From positions 49,616 through 81,615 of the forward strand of contig NZ_SRRP01000002.1 in assembly GCF_004785935.1 (NCBI RefSeq): DNA of 32,000 nucleotides. The letters run 5' to 3'. The translations under genes were made by a program, and so were the position numbers. This DNA comes from Streptococcus rubneri (lineage in GTDB: Bacteria; Bacillota; Bacilli; Lactobacillales; Streptococcaceae). Positions 1-10,878 of this stretch are shown piece after piece. The stretch's first letter is position 1, and each line of letters begins with the position of its first letter. The notes beneath the pieces are model-generated. The model saw only the letters and a list, made by a program, of their open reading frames with translations. It made no database searches and was not told where the DNA came from.

Positions 1-351
1 GATCCGAAAACCATCGAATCCAAATATGATGGGGCCTATTCTTACAATGCTTGTCGACTACCGTACAACTTAGCGCAAAGTCAGGATAAGACTAGTCAGA
101 AACTGGTTAAAAAGATGTTAGACTTCTTCATGAAGCAACGGAATATCTATGCTGGTTACGACCTAAAAGGAAATACCTTAAATCAACACCAGGCAGCTAG
201 CTTTATTGCACCAGTTGTTTATGCGGCAGCAGATGAAAACGACTACCTCAAATTGGTCCAACAAAGTAAATATATTTTTATGCAAGATCTTCCGTTAGGG
301 AACTATTATGATGCGACCATGACGACGATGATTGCCTTGGATCTCTTCTAA
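1..351 (+). CDS. 3' end of a larger protein, possibly a glycoside hydrolase (GH8-like); the 5' end lies outside the window
   Basis: Frame 1 is open from base 1 (DPKTIESKYDGAYSYNACRLPYNLAQ...) to TAA at 349-351. The N-A-C-R-L-P segment resembles the D-A-x-R-x-P region of GH8 enzymes. The family call is from memory only. Confidence 0.45.
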   Translation, partial: DPKTIESKYDGAYSYNACRLPYNLAQSQDKTSQKLVKKMLDFFMKQRNIYAGYDLKGNTLNQHQAASFIAPVVYAAADENDYLKLVQQSKYIFMQDLPLGNYYDATMTTMIALDLF

Positions 352-400
352 GAAGCCAATCAGCTACTGAGTCTTGCAGTTATTGCTATTATTAATCGAA

Positions 401-429
401 GGCTGGGTACTTACCCCAGCCTTTTTTTC
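401..429 (+). terminator. Rho-independent terminator
   Basis: GGCTGGG-tactta-CCCAGCC stem-loop followed by a T7 run. Confidence 0.75.
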
Positions 430-587
430 TGTCAAAAAAAAGACTGGATAGGGAAAAGTCGTACACTTTTAGAAGAATTTATAGGAAAAAATCTGGAATA
501 ATCTACTGAATTGACTTTCTTAAGCAGAATTCTTTCAATATCAAAGGATTTTATATATAATATTTTATACAGGAAATGGAGAGAAAG

Positions 588-980
588 ATGTATCAAGTAA
601 TTGAGATGTATGGAGATTCTGAACCTTGGTGGTTTTTAGAAGATTGGGAAAAAGACATCGTCAGTAGTCGCCACTTTGATGATTACTATGAAGCCTTGAA
701 ATATTATAAGCAGAAGTGGCTAGTCCTAAGAGGACAATCTCCTCTTTTCAAAAGTCGAAGTGACCTAATGACCATATTTTGGGATCCTCAAGATCGAAGA
801 TGGTGTGAAGAATGTGTAGAATATGTTCAGCAGTATCATTCCATTGCTTTGTTAGAAAATGACGAAAAAATACCAAACAGTAAACTACGTCCTGGCTATG
901 AAAAAGGGAATGGGCACAGAATCCACCGCTCTTGCAAAATTGGGTTCGACACAAAGAAAATAGAAACGAGAAATCCGTGA
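588..980 (+). CDS. DUF1033-like small cytoplasmic protein, as commonly found upstream of streptococcal comG/comY
   Basis: The ORF track gives 576..980. The internal ATG at 588 has GGAGAG 4 nt upstream and yields MYQVIEMYGDSEPWWFLEDWE..., which matches my recollection of DUF1033 N-termini. Confidence 0.7.
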   Translation: MYQVIEMYGDSEPWWFLEDWEKDIVSSRHFDDYYEALKYYKQKWLVLRGQSPLFKSRSDLMTIFWDPQDRRWCEECVEYVQQYHSIALLENDEKIPNSKLRPGYEKGNGHRIHRSCKIGFDTKKIETRNP

Positions 981-1005
981 AGTGCATAGGATTTCTCTTT
1001 TTTTA
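968..1005 (+). terminator. Rho-independent terminator overlapping the stop codon
   Basis: GAGAAATCC (968-976) pairs with GGATTTCTC (989-997), followed by a T7 run. Confidence 0.7.
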
Positions 1006-1044
1006 TCCATTTTTTTGATGAGAGGATGATTTAAGGGAATCTTT

Positions 1045-1052
1045 TACGAATA
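1045..1052 (+). promoter_or_regulatory. ComX (sigma-X) com-box / cin-box, perfect TACGAATA
   Basis: TACGAATA lies at 1045-1052, 20 nt before the comGA ATG. A T-rich tract (1010-1016) lies upstream. This is the established late-competence promoter element of streptococci. Confidence 0.9.
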
Positions 1053-1072
1053 TTATAGTGAAAGGAGGAAAT

Positions 1073-2014
1073 ATGGTTCAAGAAATTGCCCAAGCTATTA
1101 TTCGTAGAGCCCACCAAGAAGAGGCTCAGGATATTTATTTTGTGCCTCGTGCTAGAGAATACCAGCTCTATTTGAGGATTGGAGATGAAAGGCGCTTTGT
1201 TCAATCGTATGAGAGAGAGCAGATGGCAGCGGTCATCAGTCATTTTAAGTTTGTAGCAGGGATGAATGTCGGAGAGAGGCGAAGGAGTCAGTTAGGTTCC
1301 TGTGATTATGCTTTAGGAGACATCGTCTTATCCTTACGTCTATCCACCGTAGGAGATTACCGAGGGGATGAAAGTCTTGTCATTCGCCTCTTACATAATC
1401 AGGAACGAGAACTCCGCTTTTGGTTTGATCAGCTTCAGGAGTTAGAAGAAAAGGTGAGTGGGAGAGGGCTTTATCTATTCTCAGGCCCAGTCGGATCGGG
1501 GAAGACGACCCTGATGCATGCCTTGGCCAAGGGGAAATTTGCAGGCCAGCAGGTCATGTCCATCGAAGACCCGGTAGAAATCAAACAAGAAGAAGTCTTG
1601 CAACTGCAACTAAATGAAGCGATTGGTATGACCTATGATTCTTTAATCAAACTTTCCTTGCGGCATCGCCCAGATTTATTGATGATTGGTGAAATCCGAG
1701 ACCAAGAGACAGCCAGAGCTGTTGTTCGGGCTAGCTTGACAGGTGTTACAGTTTTTTCGACCATCCATGCAAAGAGTATTCCAGGAGTCTATGAGCGTCT
1801 ACTGGAGCTAGGAGTGAGCGAGGAGGAATTAAAGATTGTACTCCAAGGGGTTTGCTACCAGCGCTTGATTAAGGGAGGAGGTGTCACAGACTTTGTCACC
1901 AAAGACTATCAACAGCATTCCAGCAAAAAATGGAACCAACAAATTGATGCACTTTATGAAGCTGGATATATCCAGCTGGATCAGGCGCAAGCCGAAAAAA
2001 TTATCGATTGCTAA
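1073..2014 (+). CDS. comGA: Competence pseudopilus assembly ATPase ComGA (ComYA/CglA)
   Basis: AGGAGG RBS at 1063-1068, ATG at 1073. Walker A motif GPVGSGKTT. T2SS/T4P GspE-like sequence. First gene after the com-box. Confidence 0.95.
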   Translation: MVQEIAQAIIRRAHQEEAQDIYFVPRAREYQLYLRIGDERRFVQSYEREQMAAVISHFKFVAGMNVGERRRSQLGSCDYALGDIVLSLRLSTVGDYRGDESLVIRLLHNQERELRFWFDQLQELEEKVSGRGLYLFSGPVGSGKTTLMHALAKGKFAGQQVMSIEDPVEIKQEEVLQLQLNEAIGMTYDSLIKLSLRHRPDLLMIGEIRDQETARAVVRASLTGVTVFSTIHAKSIPGVYERLLELGVSEEELKIVLQGVCYQRLIKGGGVTDFVTKDYQQHSSKKWNQQIDALYEAGYIQLDQAQAEKIIDC

Positions 2015-2978
2015 ACAAAGTCATGTGATTGAGCTTTTCCATAATCTATATTGCAGTGGTTTTCACCTGTCTGAGATTATTGACTTTCTAGGACGCAGTC
2101 AGTTGGTAGAGCCAGCTTTTGTAGAAGCCATGCGGACCAGCCTGGCTAACGGCAAGTCCCTATCTGGAATTTTATCCGATTTAGGCTTCTCAGATCAGGT
2201 AACGACCCAATTGGCCTTGGCAGAGCTCCATGGAAATGTGACCCTTAGTTTGGAAAAGATTCGTAGCTATTTAGAAAATTTGACCCAGGTCCGCAAAAAG
2301 TTAGTGGAGGTTGCGACCTATCCCCTCCTCTTATTGGGCTTTTTAGTCTTGATTATGCTAGGCTTAAAAAATTACCTGCTTCCCCAGTTGGATAGCCAGA
2401 ATGGGGCGACCCGTTTTATCAGTGTCTTTCCTCAGTATTTTTTGATAGGAAGTTTCCTTTTTGCGCTCATCGGCTGTTTCCTCTTTATCGTAGGACGCCG
2501 ATCGAGACGTTTGCCTTTAGTTAGCTGTTTAGCTCGTCTCCCTCTTATCCGTCCTTTTTTGCAGGATTACCTGACGGCCTATTACGCTCGTGAATGGGGG
2601 AATATGATTGCTCAAGGTTTGGAGTTGAGCCAAGTGTTTCCTATGATGCAAGCTCAACGTTCTCAGCTTTTTCGCGAGATTGGACGGGATTTAGAGATGG
2701 CTTTAGCCAACGGTAGATCCTTTTCAGAGCACATTCAGACCTATTCCTTCTTTAAGAATGAATTGACTCTCATGATTGAGTATGGGGAAGCTAAGTCCAA
2801 GTTAGGAAGTGAGTTAGAAGTGTTTGCAGATAAGACCTGGGAAGGTTTTTTTCATCGCTTGAATAAAGCCATGAATCTGGTCCAACCCTTGGTGTTTATT
2901 TTTGTCGCTCTGATGATTGTTTTACTCTATGCAGCCATGTTGCTGCCGATCTATGAAAATTTAGAGGTACATCTATGA
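1947..2978 (+). CDS. comGB: Competence pseudopilus platform protein ComGB (ComYB/CglB)
   Basis: Polytopic GspF-like membrane protein. The ORF is open from 1881, but the plausible starts are ATG 1947 or 1956, overlapping the comGA 3' end. Confidence 0.9.
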   Translation: MHFMKLDISSWIRRKPKKLSIAKQSHVIELFHNLYCSGFHLSEIIDFLGRSQLVEPAFVEAMRTSLANGKSLSGILSDLGFSDQVTTQLALAELHGNVTLSLEKIRSYLENLTQVRKKLVEVATYPLLLLGFLVLIMLGLKNYLLPQLDSQNGATRFISVFPQYFLIGSFLFALIGCFLFIVGRRSRRLPLVSCLARLPLIRPFLQDYLTAYYAREWGNMIAQGLELSQVFPMMQAQRSQLFREIGRDLEMALANGRSFSEHIQTYSFFKNELTLMIEYGEAKSKLGSELEVFADKTWEGFFHRLNKAMNLVQPLVFIFVALMIVLLYAAMLLPIYENLEVHL

Positions 2979-3292
2979 AATCATTTCACAAATTGAAAGT
3001 ACAAGCTTTTACTCTGATTGAAATGCTTGTTGTTTTGCTGATTATCAGCGTTCTTCTTTTGCTCTTTGTTCCGAATTTGACCAAGCAGAAAGATTCGGTA
3101 ACAGATACAGGAAATCGTGCGGTGGTCAAAGTTGTAGAGAGTCAGGCTGAACTCTACGAACTCAATCATACCAATGAAACAGCCAGCCTTTCTAAGCTGG
3201 TGGCAGAAGGGCAGATCACCCAAAAACAAGCAGAGGCTTATCGAGCCCATTACAAAAAGAATACAGGTGATCAGCGTGCGGTTGCAGATTAA
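2975..3292 (+). CDS. comGC: Major competence pseudopilin ComGC (ComYC/CglC)
   Basis: Prepilin leader and cleavage motif KVQA/FTLIEMLVVL. ATGA overlap with comGB. RBS AGAGG. Confidence 0.95.
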   Translation: MKSFHKLKVQAFTLIEMLVVLLIISVLLLLFVPNLTKQKDSVTDTGNRAVVKVVESQAELYELNHTNETASLSKLVAEGQITQKQAEAYRAHYKKNTGDQRAVAD

Positions 3293-3686
3293 GGCCTTCA
3301 CTTTGCTAGAAAGCCTGTTGACATTGGGAATTGTAAGTCTTGCCTGCTGGCTTTTATCAGGATCGATCTATCAAGCCTTTGATCAGGTGGAAGAAAAGCT
3401 CTTTTTTTCTGAGTTTGAGCGGGTCTACCAAGAGACGCAAAAGATGAGTATAGGAAGAGAGGAGAAAGGGATCCTCACCATCGATCAGAAGGGGGTCCGT
3501 AGCCCTTATCAAGAACTTTCCCTTCCGAAGGGTGTTCAACTTATCAAAGAGAGCCAAATTGTCTTTAATGGAGCGGGAGGAAATTCTTCCTTGACTAAGA
3601 TTCAATTTCAAACGGAGAAAGAGGTGGTGACCTATCAGTTGGCGATTGGGAATGGAAAAATTAAGAAATCAACGACTCCGCGCTAG
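3267..3686 (+). CDS. comGD: Minor pseudopilin ComGD (ComYD/CglD)
   Basis: Prepilin-like IKAFTLLESLL motif. Candidate non-ATG starts are GTG 3267, GTG 3276 and TTG 3282. The upstream M at 3174 lies inside comGC and is rejected. Confidence 0.8.
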   Translation: MISVRLQIKAFTLLESLLTLGIVSLACWLLSGSIYQAFDQVEEKLFFSEFERVYQETQKMSIGREEKGILTIDQKGVRSPYQELSLPKGVQLIKESQIVFNGAGGNSSLTKIQFQTEKEVVTYQLAIGNGKIKKSTTPR

Positions 3687-3945
3687 TCTTTTGTTTGAAG
3701 GTTTGATTGCTCTAGCCATTTTTGCCTCTCTGACGACACTTTTGCTGGGAGAAATACGTCAATCTCGTCAAAGAAGACTAGAGGAGTTACAGAAGGCAGA
3801 AGTCTTGCGAGTCGCAAAAATGGCTATCCAGACAAGGCAGGATCAATTGACCATCAACCAGGTCAGTGTTCAAGTGGAGAAATCTGCCAAGTCCTTAAAG
3901 GTCTATCATGAGGGAAAGGTTGTGATTGCTGTTGAAAAGAAATAA
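3652..3945 (+). CDS. comGE: Minor pseudopilin ComGE (ComYE/CglE)
   Basis: MEKLRNQRLRASLLFEGLIALAIFASL... resembles CglE. Start is ATG 3652 or TTG 3646. It overlaps the comGD end. Confidence 0.8.
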   Translation: MEKLRNQRLRASLLFEGLIALAIFASLTTLLLGEIRQSRQRRLEELQKAEVLRVAKMAIQTRQDQLTINQVSVQVEKSAKSLKVYHEGKVVIAVEKK

Positions 3946-4381
3946 ACTTCCAGCCTTTACTTTATTGGAGGCCTTGGTTGCCCTGCTCGTTATCAGTGGT
4001 GGTTTATTGGTGTTTCAAGGATTGACAAGCCTCTTGCGTCAAGAACTCCAGTACCAAAGCCAAATCAAGCAAGAAGAGTGGTTGCTTTTTCAGGACCAAC
4101 TGGACATTGAATTATCTCGGAGCCAATTTGAAGGGGTCAGAGACAATAAACTCTATCTTGTTCAGGATCAGAAACCCATAGCCATTGGATTGGCTAAAGG
4201 GGGAGATATCCGAAAGACAGATGCGACTGGCCGTGGCTACCAACCGATGATAGAAGGCGTTGAATCCGCCTTGATTGAAAAAAGTGGGGATCTGGTGTCT
4301 ATTCAACTGCGTTTTGAAGAAGGGTTAGAAAGGGAGGTGGTCTATCGTGTGGTGGAAAAGGATAAAAAAGAAGCAGATTGA
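3926..4381 (+). CDS. comGF: Minor pseudopilin ComGF (ComYF/CglF)
   Basis: TTG start. Prepilin-like LPAFTLLEALVALLVISGG. The conserved GRGYQPM motif is shared with CglF as I recall it. Confidence 0.85.
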   Translation: MLLKRNKLPAFTLLEALVALLVISGGLLVFQGLTSLLRQELQYQSQIKQEEWLLFQDQLDIELSRSQFEGVRDNKLYLVQDQKPIAIGLAKGGDIRKTDATGRGYQPMIEGVESALIEKSGDLVSIQLRFEEGLEREVVYRVVEKDKKEAD

Positions 4382-4793
4382 GGCTGGAATCCTCCTTTAT
4401 GCCCTCTTTATGTCGGCGGTTTTTAGTCTTTTGCTTCAGTTCTATCTGAATCGGCAAGTGGCAGAGAGACGGATCCTCCTTGCTAGTCAGCACCGGATTC
4501 AGGCTTATGCGCAAGCTCAATTGGCTGTTGATACTTGGGACCGGGAAGAAAAAACAATGACCTTCTCAACTGGCCGAGTCGATTTGGAAGAAAAATCGGA
4601 CTTTGCTGAGGTCAGCAGTCACTTAGAGGATGGGAGAACCTACCATTTCACCTTTGCCCTTCCTCCTAGCGAGAAGAAAAAAACCGACAAGAAGAAAAAG
4701 CAGAAGCAAGCTCCAGATTCAGCTACAGACCACTCGACCACAACTGAGGAAGAGAAGCCTCAGGTCTTCGAAAAGCATAGCGAAAACTCTTAA
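4347..4793 (+). CDS. comGG: ComGG (ComYG/CglG) with a K/E-rich C-terminal tail
   Basis: GTG start at 4347 with GGGAGGTGG 7 nt upstream. The N-terminal anchor AGILLYALFMSAVFSLLLQFYLNRQV matches ComGG. Confidence 0.85.
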   Translation: MWWKRIKKKQIEAGILLYALFMSAVFSLLLQFYLNRQVAERRILLASQHRIQAYAQAQLAVDTWDREEKTMTFSTGRVDLEEKSDFAEVSSHLEDGRTYHFTFALPPSEKKKTDKKKKQKQAPDSATDHSTTTEEEKPQVFEKHSENS

Positions 4794-4824
4794 AATTTGA
4801 TATGATTAAGAGATGGAGGAAAGC

Positions 4825-5778
4825 ATGAATTTCGAAAAAATTGAGAAAGCCTACGGCTACCTATTAGAAAATACCCAAACTATTCAAAATGATTTGCAGA
4901 GCAACTTTTATGATGCTCTAGTGGAGCAGAATGCCATCTATCTGGATGGGCAAACAGAGTTGACTCTAGTGAAGGGAAACAACCAGCGGCTGAAGGACTT
5001 GAACTTGAACAAGGAAGAATGGCGTCGCTCCTTCCAATATCTATTGATGAAGGCAGCCCAAACAGAGCCCCTACAAGCCAATCACCAATTTACGCCAGAT
5101 GGGATTGGATTTCTTCTGGTCTTTCTAGTGGATCAGTTGGCTAGTTCTGACAAAGTAGATGTGCTAGAAATGGGAAGTGGAACAGGAAACTTAGCCCAAA
5201 CCTTGATGAACAACTGTCAGCGCTCGTTAGATTATTTGGGATTGGAAATCGATGATCTCTTGATTGACCTTGCGGCCAGTATGGCAGAAGTGATGAAGGC
5301 AGATGTGAATTTTGCCCAAGGTGATGCCGTTCGGCCACAGGTTTTGAAGGAGAGCGATGTGATTATCAGCGATTTACCTGTCGGTTATTATCCAGATGAT
5401 GCCATTGCGAGTCGTTACCAGGTCGCTTCCCCTCAGGGCCACACCTATGCCCATCATTTATTGATCGAACAATCACTAAAATACTTAAAACCGGGTGGCG
5501 TCGCTATTTTTCTAGCTCCGAATGATCTTTTGACGAGTGAGCAGAGCCCACTGTTGAAAAAATGGATGCAAGATCATGCTCAGGTCTTGGCCATGGTGAC
5601 CTTGCCAGAGAACCTCTTTCGATCAGCCAATCTGGCAAAAACCATCTTTGTTTTACGCAAGCAAGAAGAAGCGGTAATCCAACCATTTGTCTATCCCTTG
5701 ACCGATTTGCAAAATCAGGAAGACGTTATGAAATTCCGTGAAAGTTTTCAAAACTGGAATAAAGAAAGTGAAATTTAA
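4825..5778 (+). CDS. Class I SAM-dependent (N6-adenine DNA-type, YtxK-like) methyltransferase, co-transcribed with comG
   Basis: GGAGG RBS then ATG 4825. SAM motif VLEMGSGTGNL and motif IV-like DLPVGYYP. No terminator separates it from comGG. Confidence 0.8.
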   Translation: MNFEKIEKAYGYLLENTQTIQNDLQSNFYDALVEQNAIYLDGQTELTLVKGNNQRLKDLNLNKEEWRRSFQYLLMKAAQTEPLQANHQFTPDGIGFLLVFLVDQLASSDKVDVLEMGSGTGNLAQTLMNNCQRSLDYLGLEIDDLLIDLAASMAEVMKADVNFAQGDAVRPQVLKESDVIISDLPVGYYPDDAIASRYQVASPQGHTYAHHLLIEQSLKYLKPGGVAIFLAPNDLLTSEQSPLLKKWMQDHAQVLAMVTLPENLFRSANLAKTIFVLRKQEEAVIQPFVYPLTDLQNQEDVMKFRESFQNWNKESEI

Positions 5779-5787
5779 ACAAAATTT

Positions 5788-5796
5788 TGCTATAAT
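5788..5796 (+). promoter_or_regulatory. Extended -10 (TGcTATAAT) for ackA
   Basis: TGCTATAAT sits 30 nt upstream of the ackA ATG. Confidence 0.5.
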
Positions 5797-5826
5797 AGGA
5801 GTGAAAACGCTTAAAGAGGTAAAAAA

Positions 5827-7023
5827 ATGACGAAAACAATTGCAATTAATGCAGGTAGTTCAAGTTTGAAATGGCAATTATACCAAATGCCAGAAGAAAC
5901 AGTTTTGGCAAAAGGGCTCATCGAGAGAATTGGACTTAAAGATTCCATTTCTACAGTAAAATTTGATGGTCGAGCAGAAAAACAGGTTTTAGATATTGAG
6001 AACCACACACAAGCGGTTAAAATTCTACTTGATGATTTGATTCGTTTTCACATTATTGCATCTTACGATGAAATCACTGGAGTGGGACACCGTGTCGTTG
6101 CAGGTGGTGAGTATTTCAAAGAATCTGCTCTTGTAGATGAAGAAGTGATTCAAAAGGTTGAGGAACTTTCTTTGTTGGCTCCATTGCACAACCCTGCCAA
6201 TGCTGCTGGGATCCGTGCCTTCAAAGAATTGTTGCCAGATATTACCAGCGTTGTTGTATTTGACACCTCTTTCCATACAACAATGCCTGAAAAAGCTTAT
6301 CGTTATCCTCTTCCGACTAAATATTATACTGAAAACAAGGTTCGTAAATATGGAGCCCATGGAACCAGTCATGAGTATGTAGCCCACGAAGCGGCCAAGC
6401 TTCTTGGAAAACCAATCGAAGAGTTGAAATTGATCACCTGCCACATTGGGAATGGTGCTTCTATTACAGCGGTAGATAAAGGGATTTCTGTAGATACTTC
6501 TATGGGCTTCACGCCACTTGGTGGAATCATGATGGGAACACGTACAGGGGATATTGACCCTGCCATTATTCCTTACTTGATGGAGCACACAGAAGATTTC
6601 AAAAATCCAGAAAATATCAGTCGTATCTTGAACCGTGAATCTGGTCTTCTAGGGGTGTCTGAGCTTTCTAGCGATATGCGTGATATTCACGAAGCTATGC
6701 GCAGTGGGAATGACAAAGCACTCTTGGCCAACGATATTTTTGTCGACCGTATTAAGAAATACATCGGTCAATACTTTGCCGTCTTGAACGGAGCAGATGC
6801 CATTGTCTTTACAGCTGGTATCGGGGAAAATTCTAAAACGATCCGTGGACAAGTCATTGATGGGATGACTTGGTTTGGCTGTGCTGTGGATCCAGAAAAG
6901 AACGTCTTTGGTGCAGAGGGAGATATTTCAACACCGGATGCTAAGGTGAGAGTCTTGGTCATTCCAACAGATGAAGAGTTAGTCATTGCCCGTGATGTAG
7001 AACGGTTGAAAAATAAGCAATAA
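5827..7023 (+). CDS. ackA: Acetate kinase
   Basis: 398 aa. N-terminal [16 protein letters not shown] and full-length acetate kinase-like sequence. Confidence 0.97.
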   Translation: MTKTIAINAGSSSLKWQLYQMPEETVLAKGLIERIGLKDSISTVKFDGRAEKQVLDIENHTQAVKILLDDLIRFHIIASYDEITGVGHRVVAGGEYFKESALVDEEVIQKVEELSLLAPLHNPANAAGIRAFKELLPDITSVVVFDTSFHTTMPEKAYRYPLPTKYYTENKVRKYGAHGTSHEYVAHEAAKLLGKPIEELKLITCHIGNGASITAVDKGISVDTSMGFTPLGGIMMGTRTGDIDPAIIPYLMEHTEDFKNPENISRILNRESGLLGVSELSSDMRDIHEAMRSGNDKALLANDIFVDRIKKYIGQYFAVLNGADAIVFTAGIGENSKTIRGQVIDGMTWFGCAVDPEKNVFGAEGDISTPDAKVRVLVIPTDEELVIARDVERLKNKQ

Positions 7024-7043
7024 AATGAATGAAACATGCAGAA

Positions 7044-7072
7044 AGAGGTGGCTTTTCTAGCCCCTCTTTTTC
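7044..7072 (+). terminator. Rho-independent terminator after ackA
   Basis: AGAGG(T)GGCT-tttc-TAGCCCCTCT stem with one bulge, followed by TTTT. Confidence 0.7.
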
Positions 7073-7111
7073 ATCTGCTAACCATTTAGATGAGTTCTAT
7101 AGACAACAGGC

Positions 7112-7140
7112 TTGCTGAGCTTACATATCTATGGTATACT
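7112..7140 (+). promoter_or_regulatory. Sigma-A promoter candidate (TTGCTG-17-TATACT with upstream TG)
   Basis: -35 at 7112-7117, 17-nt spacer, -10 at 7135-7140. Confidence 0.45.
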
Positions 7141-7171
7141 AGAAAAATAGTTTGAACATAGAGGTAAAATA

Positions 7172-7858
7172 ATGAAAAAATGGATGAAAAAGAAATGGAT
7201 TTCGAATGGTTTATGGCTACTGATCGGGACAGCCCTATTTCTAGCGACTCAGCTTCCTATGGTGGCTTTGTTTTACGGAGTTCAATATGCTTGGTCTGAC
7301 TTGATGATCAATGCCCTTGTCCTGGGAATGACAACTCTGCTTGTCTGTCTCCTTTGGTGGTTTATGAAGTGGAGCCCTTTAGATCGGCTAGATTTTTCAC
7401 AGATTTCGGGTCGAGATCTTGGAAGAAATTTCCTTTTCTTTTTGCTTCTACTTGCAAATAATTTTGTGGGAGCTACAGTGCTTCAGAATATAGGAGAGAC
7501 CACTACAGCCAATCAGGAAACAATTCAGGGGCTTTCTTCGGTGGCTCCTCAGCTGGCGATGGGTTTACTTCTTGTTGTTGTGGCGCCTTTAGGAGAAGAA
7601 ATTATCTGTCGGGCAGTCGTTCCCCGATTAGTCTTTAAAGGTTATGAAAAAATTGGTTATTTAGTCGGAGCTGCAGTCTTTGCTTATTTGCATGGTCCAA
7701 GTAATCTTGGTTCTTGGATCATCTATGGTGGAATGTCCCTCATCTTGACTTGGGTCGCTTATCGGTATAAACGTGTAGAATATTCGATTTTATTGCACTT
7801 GACCTTGAATAGTTTTGCCTTTCTGGTAACTATCCTGCTTTCTTTTCTTCCCGCTTAA
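7172..7858 (+). CDS. CPBP (CAAX) family intramembrane metalloprotease
   Basis: Polytopic membrane protein with the EEIICR (EExxxR) and FAYLH (FxxxH) motifs and a distal H in HLTLN. Confidence 0.85.
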   Translation: MKKWMKKKWISNGLWLLIGTALFLATQLPMVALFYGVQYAWSDLMINALVLGMTTLLVCLLWWFMKWSPLDRLDFSQISGRDLGRNFLFFLLLLANNFVGATVLQNIGETTTANQETIQGLSSVAPQLAMGLLLVVVAPLGEEIICRAVVPRLVFKGYEKIGYLVGAAVFAYLHGPSNLGSWIIYGGMSLILTWVAYRYKRVEYSILLHLTLNSFAFLVTILLSFLPA

Positions 7859-7950
7859 AATATGGTAGAATGGTATCACCAATGGGTTTATTGAGGGAAC
7901 TTGGGGATTTCGACAGAGTCAGTCAACTAAGTGCAGAAAAACTAGAACTC

Positions 7951-7980
7951 AGAGGTTAGAATGATTCTGACCTCTTTTCT
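7951..7980 (+). terminator. Rho-independent terminator (or attenuator) between the CPBP gene and folP
   Basis: AGAGGTTAGA-atgat-TCTGACCTCT (one G-U pair) followed by TTTT. Confidence 0.65.
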
Positions 7981-8012
7981 ATGCCCTATAGGATGCCCAT
8001 ATAGAAAGATAG

Positions 8013-8975
<963 letters not shown>

Positions 8976-8991
8976 AGAAAAGAGAAGAGAT

Positions 8992-10296
8992 ATGACAGTA
9001 GATCTCAGTTGGTTAGCTACGTATCGTTCTTCCGAACCACATTTTGGTTTGGAGCGAATGGAAGCCATACTCGCCTTAAGGGGGAATCCTCACTTAGTCT
9101 GTCCTGTAATCCATTTAGCTGGAACCAATGGAAAGGGTTCGACTATAGCCCATTTACGATCTTTACTAGAGGTTAGAGGATTGCGGGTGGGGGTTTTCTC
9201 CTCTCCCTATCTAGTTTCTTTTAATGAGCAAATCGGTATCAATGGGGTTCCCATTTCGGACAAAGATTTAGAAGATTATTTGGCTCTGTATCGGGATCTG
9301 CTTGAAAGAAATAGTTCTGATCAGACCTTGCTCGGTTTGACAGAGTTCGAATTGATAACGGCCATGGCTTTTGATTATTTTGCAGCAGAGAAGCCAGATG
9401 TGGTCATTATGGAAGTAGGCATGGGTGGCCGTCTCGACAGTACCAATGTTTGTCAGCCTATTTTGACGGCCATCACCACCATTGGTCTGGATCATGTGGC
9501 CCTCTTAGGACCGGATGTGGCCTCGATTGCGCGGGAAAAGGCGGGGATTATCAAGGAAAAAATTCCTGTTTTGCTAGGGCGGATAGAGTTAGAAGCTCAA
9601 GAAGTCATTGTTCAAGAGGCTCATCGTCTATCAGCACCAGTAGAAGTATTAGGACAGGATTTTCTGGTTTGCTACCAAGAGTCACTGGCAGACGGGGAAG
9701 TTTTTACCTACCAGAGTCAGAATCGCTCAGAAGTCCAATTAAAAACAGGCCTTCTGGGAATTTATCAAGTAGACAATGCTGGTCTAGCGCTAGCTCTTTG
9801 TGATGCCTTTTTTCAAGAAAGGGGACTTTCACTTTTAAGTCAGGACGAAATCATCCAGGCCTGGTCCCAGGTTCAATGGCCAGGTAGGCTAGAAATCATT
9901 TCGACTCAACCCCTTATCATTCTGGATGGGGCCCATAATCCACACGCAGTAAGGCCTCTCATAGAAACCTTGCAGGAACGTTATGCCCAGTTGGACAAGC
10001 AAGTATTGTTTACCTGTATCCAAACCAAGGCGATTGAAGAGATGCTAGATCTATGGTTGGAACTGGAAGGAAGTCAATTGACCTTGACGACCTTTGAGGA
10101 TCCGCGAGCCTATTCAGTAAAAGAAACACAGGAGATAGCTCTCCAAAAAGGCTTACCTCATCAGGAGTGGAAGCTATTTTTAACGAATTATATAGAAAAA
10201 GAGTCGCAACAATCTGATCTCCTCTTAGTGACGGGATCCTTATACTTTTTGGCTCAAGTCAGAGCCTTTCTAATCGAAAAAATCAGTAGGAGATGA
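8992..10296 (+). CDS. folC: Dihydrofolate synthase / folylpolyglutamate synthase
   Basis: P-loop [11 protein letters not shown] and Mur-ligase-type architecture. Confidence 0.93.
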   Translation: MTVDLSWLATYRSSEPHFGLERMEAILALRGNPHLVCPVIHLAGTNGKGSTIAHLRSLLEVRGLRVGVFSSPYLVSFNEQIGINGVPISDKDLEDYLALYRDLLERNSSDQTLLGLTEFELITAMAFDYFAAEKPDVVIMEVGMGGRLDSTNVCQPILTAITTIGLDHVALLGPDVASIAREKAGIIKEKIPVLLGRIELEAQEVIVQEAHRLSAPVEVLGQDFLVCYQESLADGEVFTYQSQNRSEVQLKTGLLGIYQVDNAGLALALCDAFFQERGLSLLSQDEIIQAWSQVQWPGRLEIISTQPLIILDGAHNPHAVRPLIETLQERYAQLDKQVLFTCIQTKAIEEMLDLWLELEGSQLTLTTFEDPRAYSVKETQEIALQKGLPHQEWKLFLTNYIEKESQQSDLLLVTGSLYFLAQVRAFLIEKISRR

Positions 10297-10297
10297 A

Positions 10298-10852
10298 ATG
10301 GATACAAAGAAAATTCAAGAAGCCGTGAAGATGATCATCGAAGCAGTCGGTGAAGATGGAAACCGTGAAGGGCTACAAGAAACCCCAGAGCGCATTGCCA
10401 AGATGTACCAGGAGATTTTTGCTGGTCTCAATCAAACTGCTGAAGAGCACTTATCTAAGTCTTTTGAGATTATTGATAACAATATGGTGGTAGAAAAAGA
10501 TATTTTCTTCCATTCCATGTGTGAGCACCATTTCTTGCCTTTCTACGGCAAGGTTCACATTGCCTATATCCCAAATGGACGCGTAGCGGGTCTCTCTAAG
10601 CTGGCTCGGACGGTAGAAGTGTATGCCAAAAAACCTCAAATCCAGGAACGTTTAACTGTGGAAATCGCAGATGCCTTGATGGAGTATCTGGGAGCGCAAG
10701 GAGCCTTGGTATGGGTAGAAGCAGAGCATATGTGTATGAATATGCGAGGAGTCCGGAAACCTGGAACTGCAACGGTAACAACAGCAGCGCGTGGTTTGTT
10801 AGAGACAGATAAAGACTTGAAAAATGAAGCCTACAAGTTGATGGGGCACTAA
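10298..10852 (+). CDS. folE: GTP cyclohydrolase I
   Basis: 184 aa. The [10 protein letters not shown] and AEHMCM motifs are typical of FolE. Confidence 0.95.
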   Translation: MDTKKIQEAVKMIIEAVGEDGNREGLQETPERIAKMYQEIFAGLNQTAEEHLSKSFEIIDNNMVVEKDIFFHSMCEHHFLPFYGKVHIAYIPNGRVAGLSKLARTVEVYAKKPQIQERLTVEIADALMEYLGAQGALVWVEAEHMCMNMRGVRKPGTATVTTAARGLLETDKDLKNEAYKLMGH

Positions 10853-10878
10853 TTTCTAGATCAACAGAGGTAAAAAAA

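Noticed and set aside
1881-1946. Upstream extension of comGB (M at 1881), and likewise M at 3174 for comGD, 1058 for comGA, 23260 for EIID and 24611 for groES
   Set aside because: The extensions lie inside the preceding gene or across a regulatory site, and they lack an RBS. Internal starts with good RBSs give N-termini that match the known families.
7903-7916. GGGGATTTCGACAG, which resembles the 5' end of tmRNA (GGGG...GGATTCGACAGG)
   Set aside because: The similarity is only about 14 nt. There is no tag-peptide reading frame, no tRNA-like 3' end (T-arm/CCA) and no further similarity downstream. It is probably chance.
9450-9803. 117-aa alternative-frame ORF within folC (R/S/G-rich), and similar short ORFs overlapping ackA, folP, the DUF1846 gene and pepA
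   Set aside because: They sit inside confidently assigned genes, their composition is biased, and they have no translation signals.
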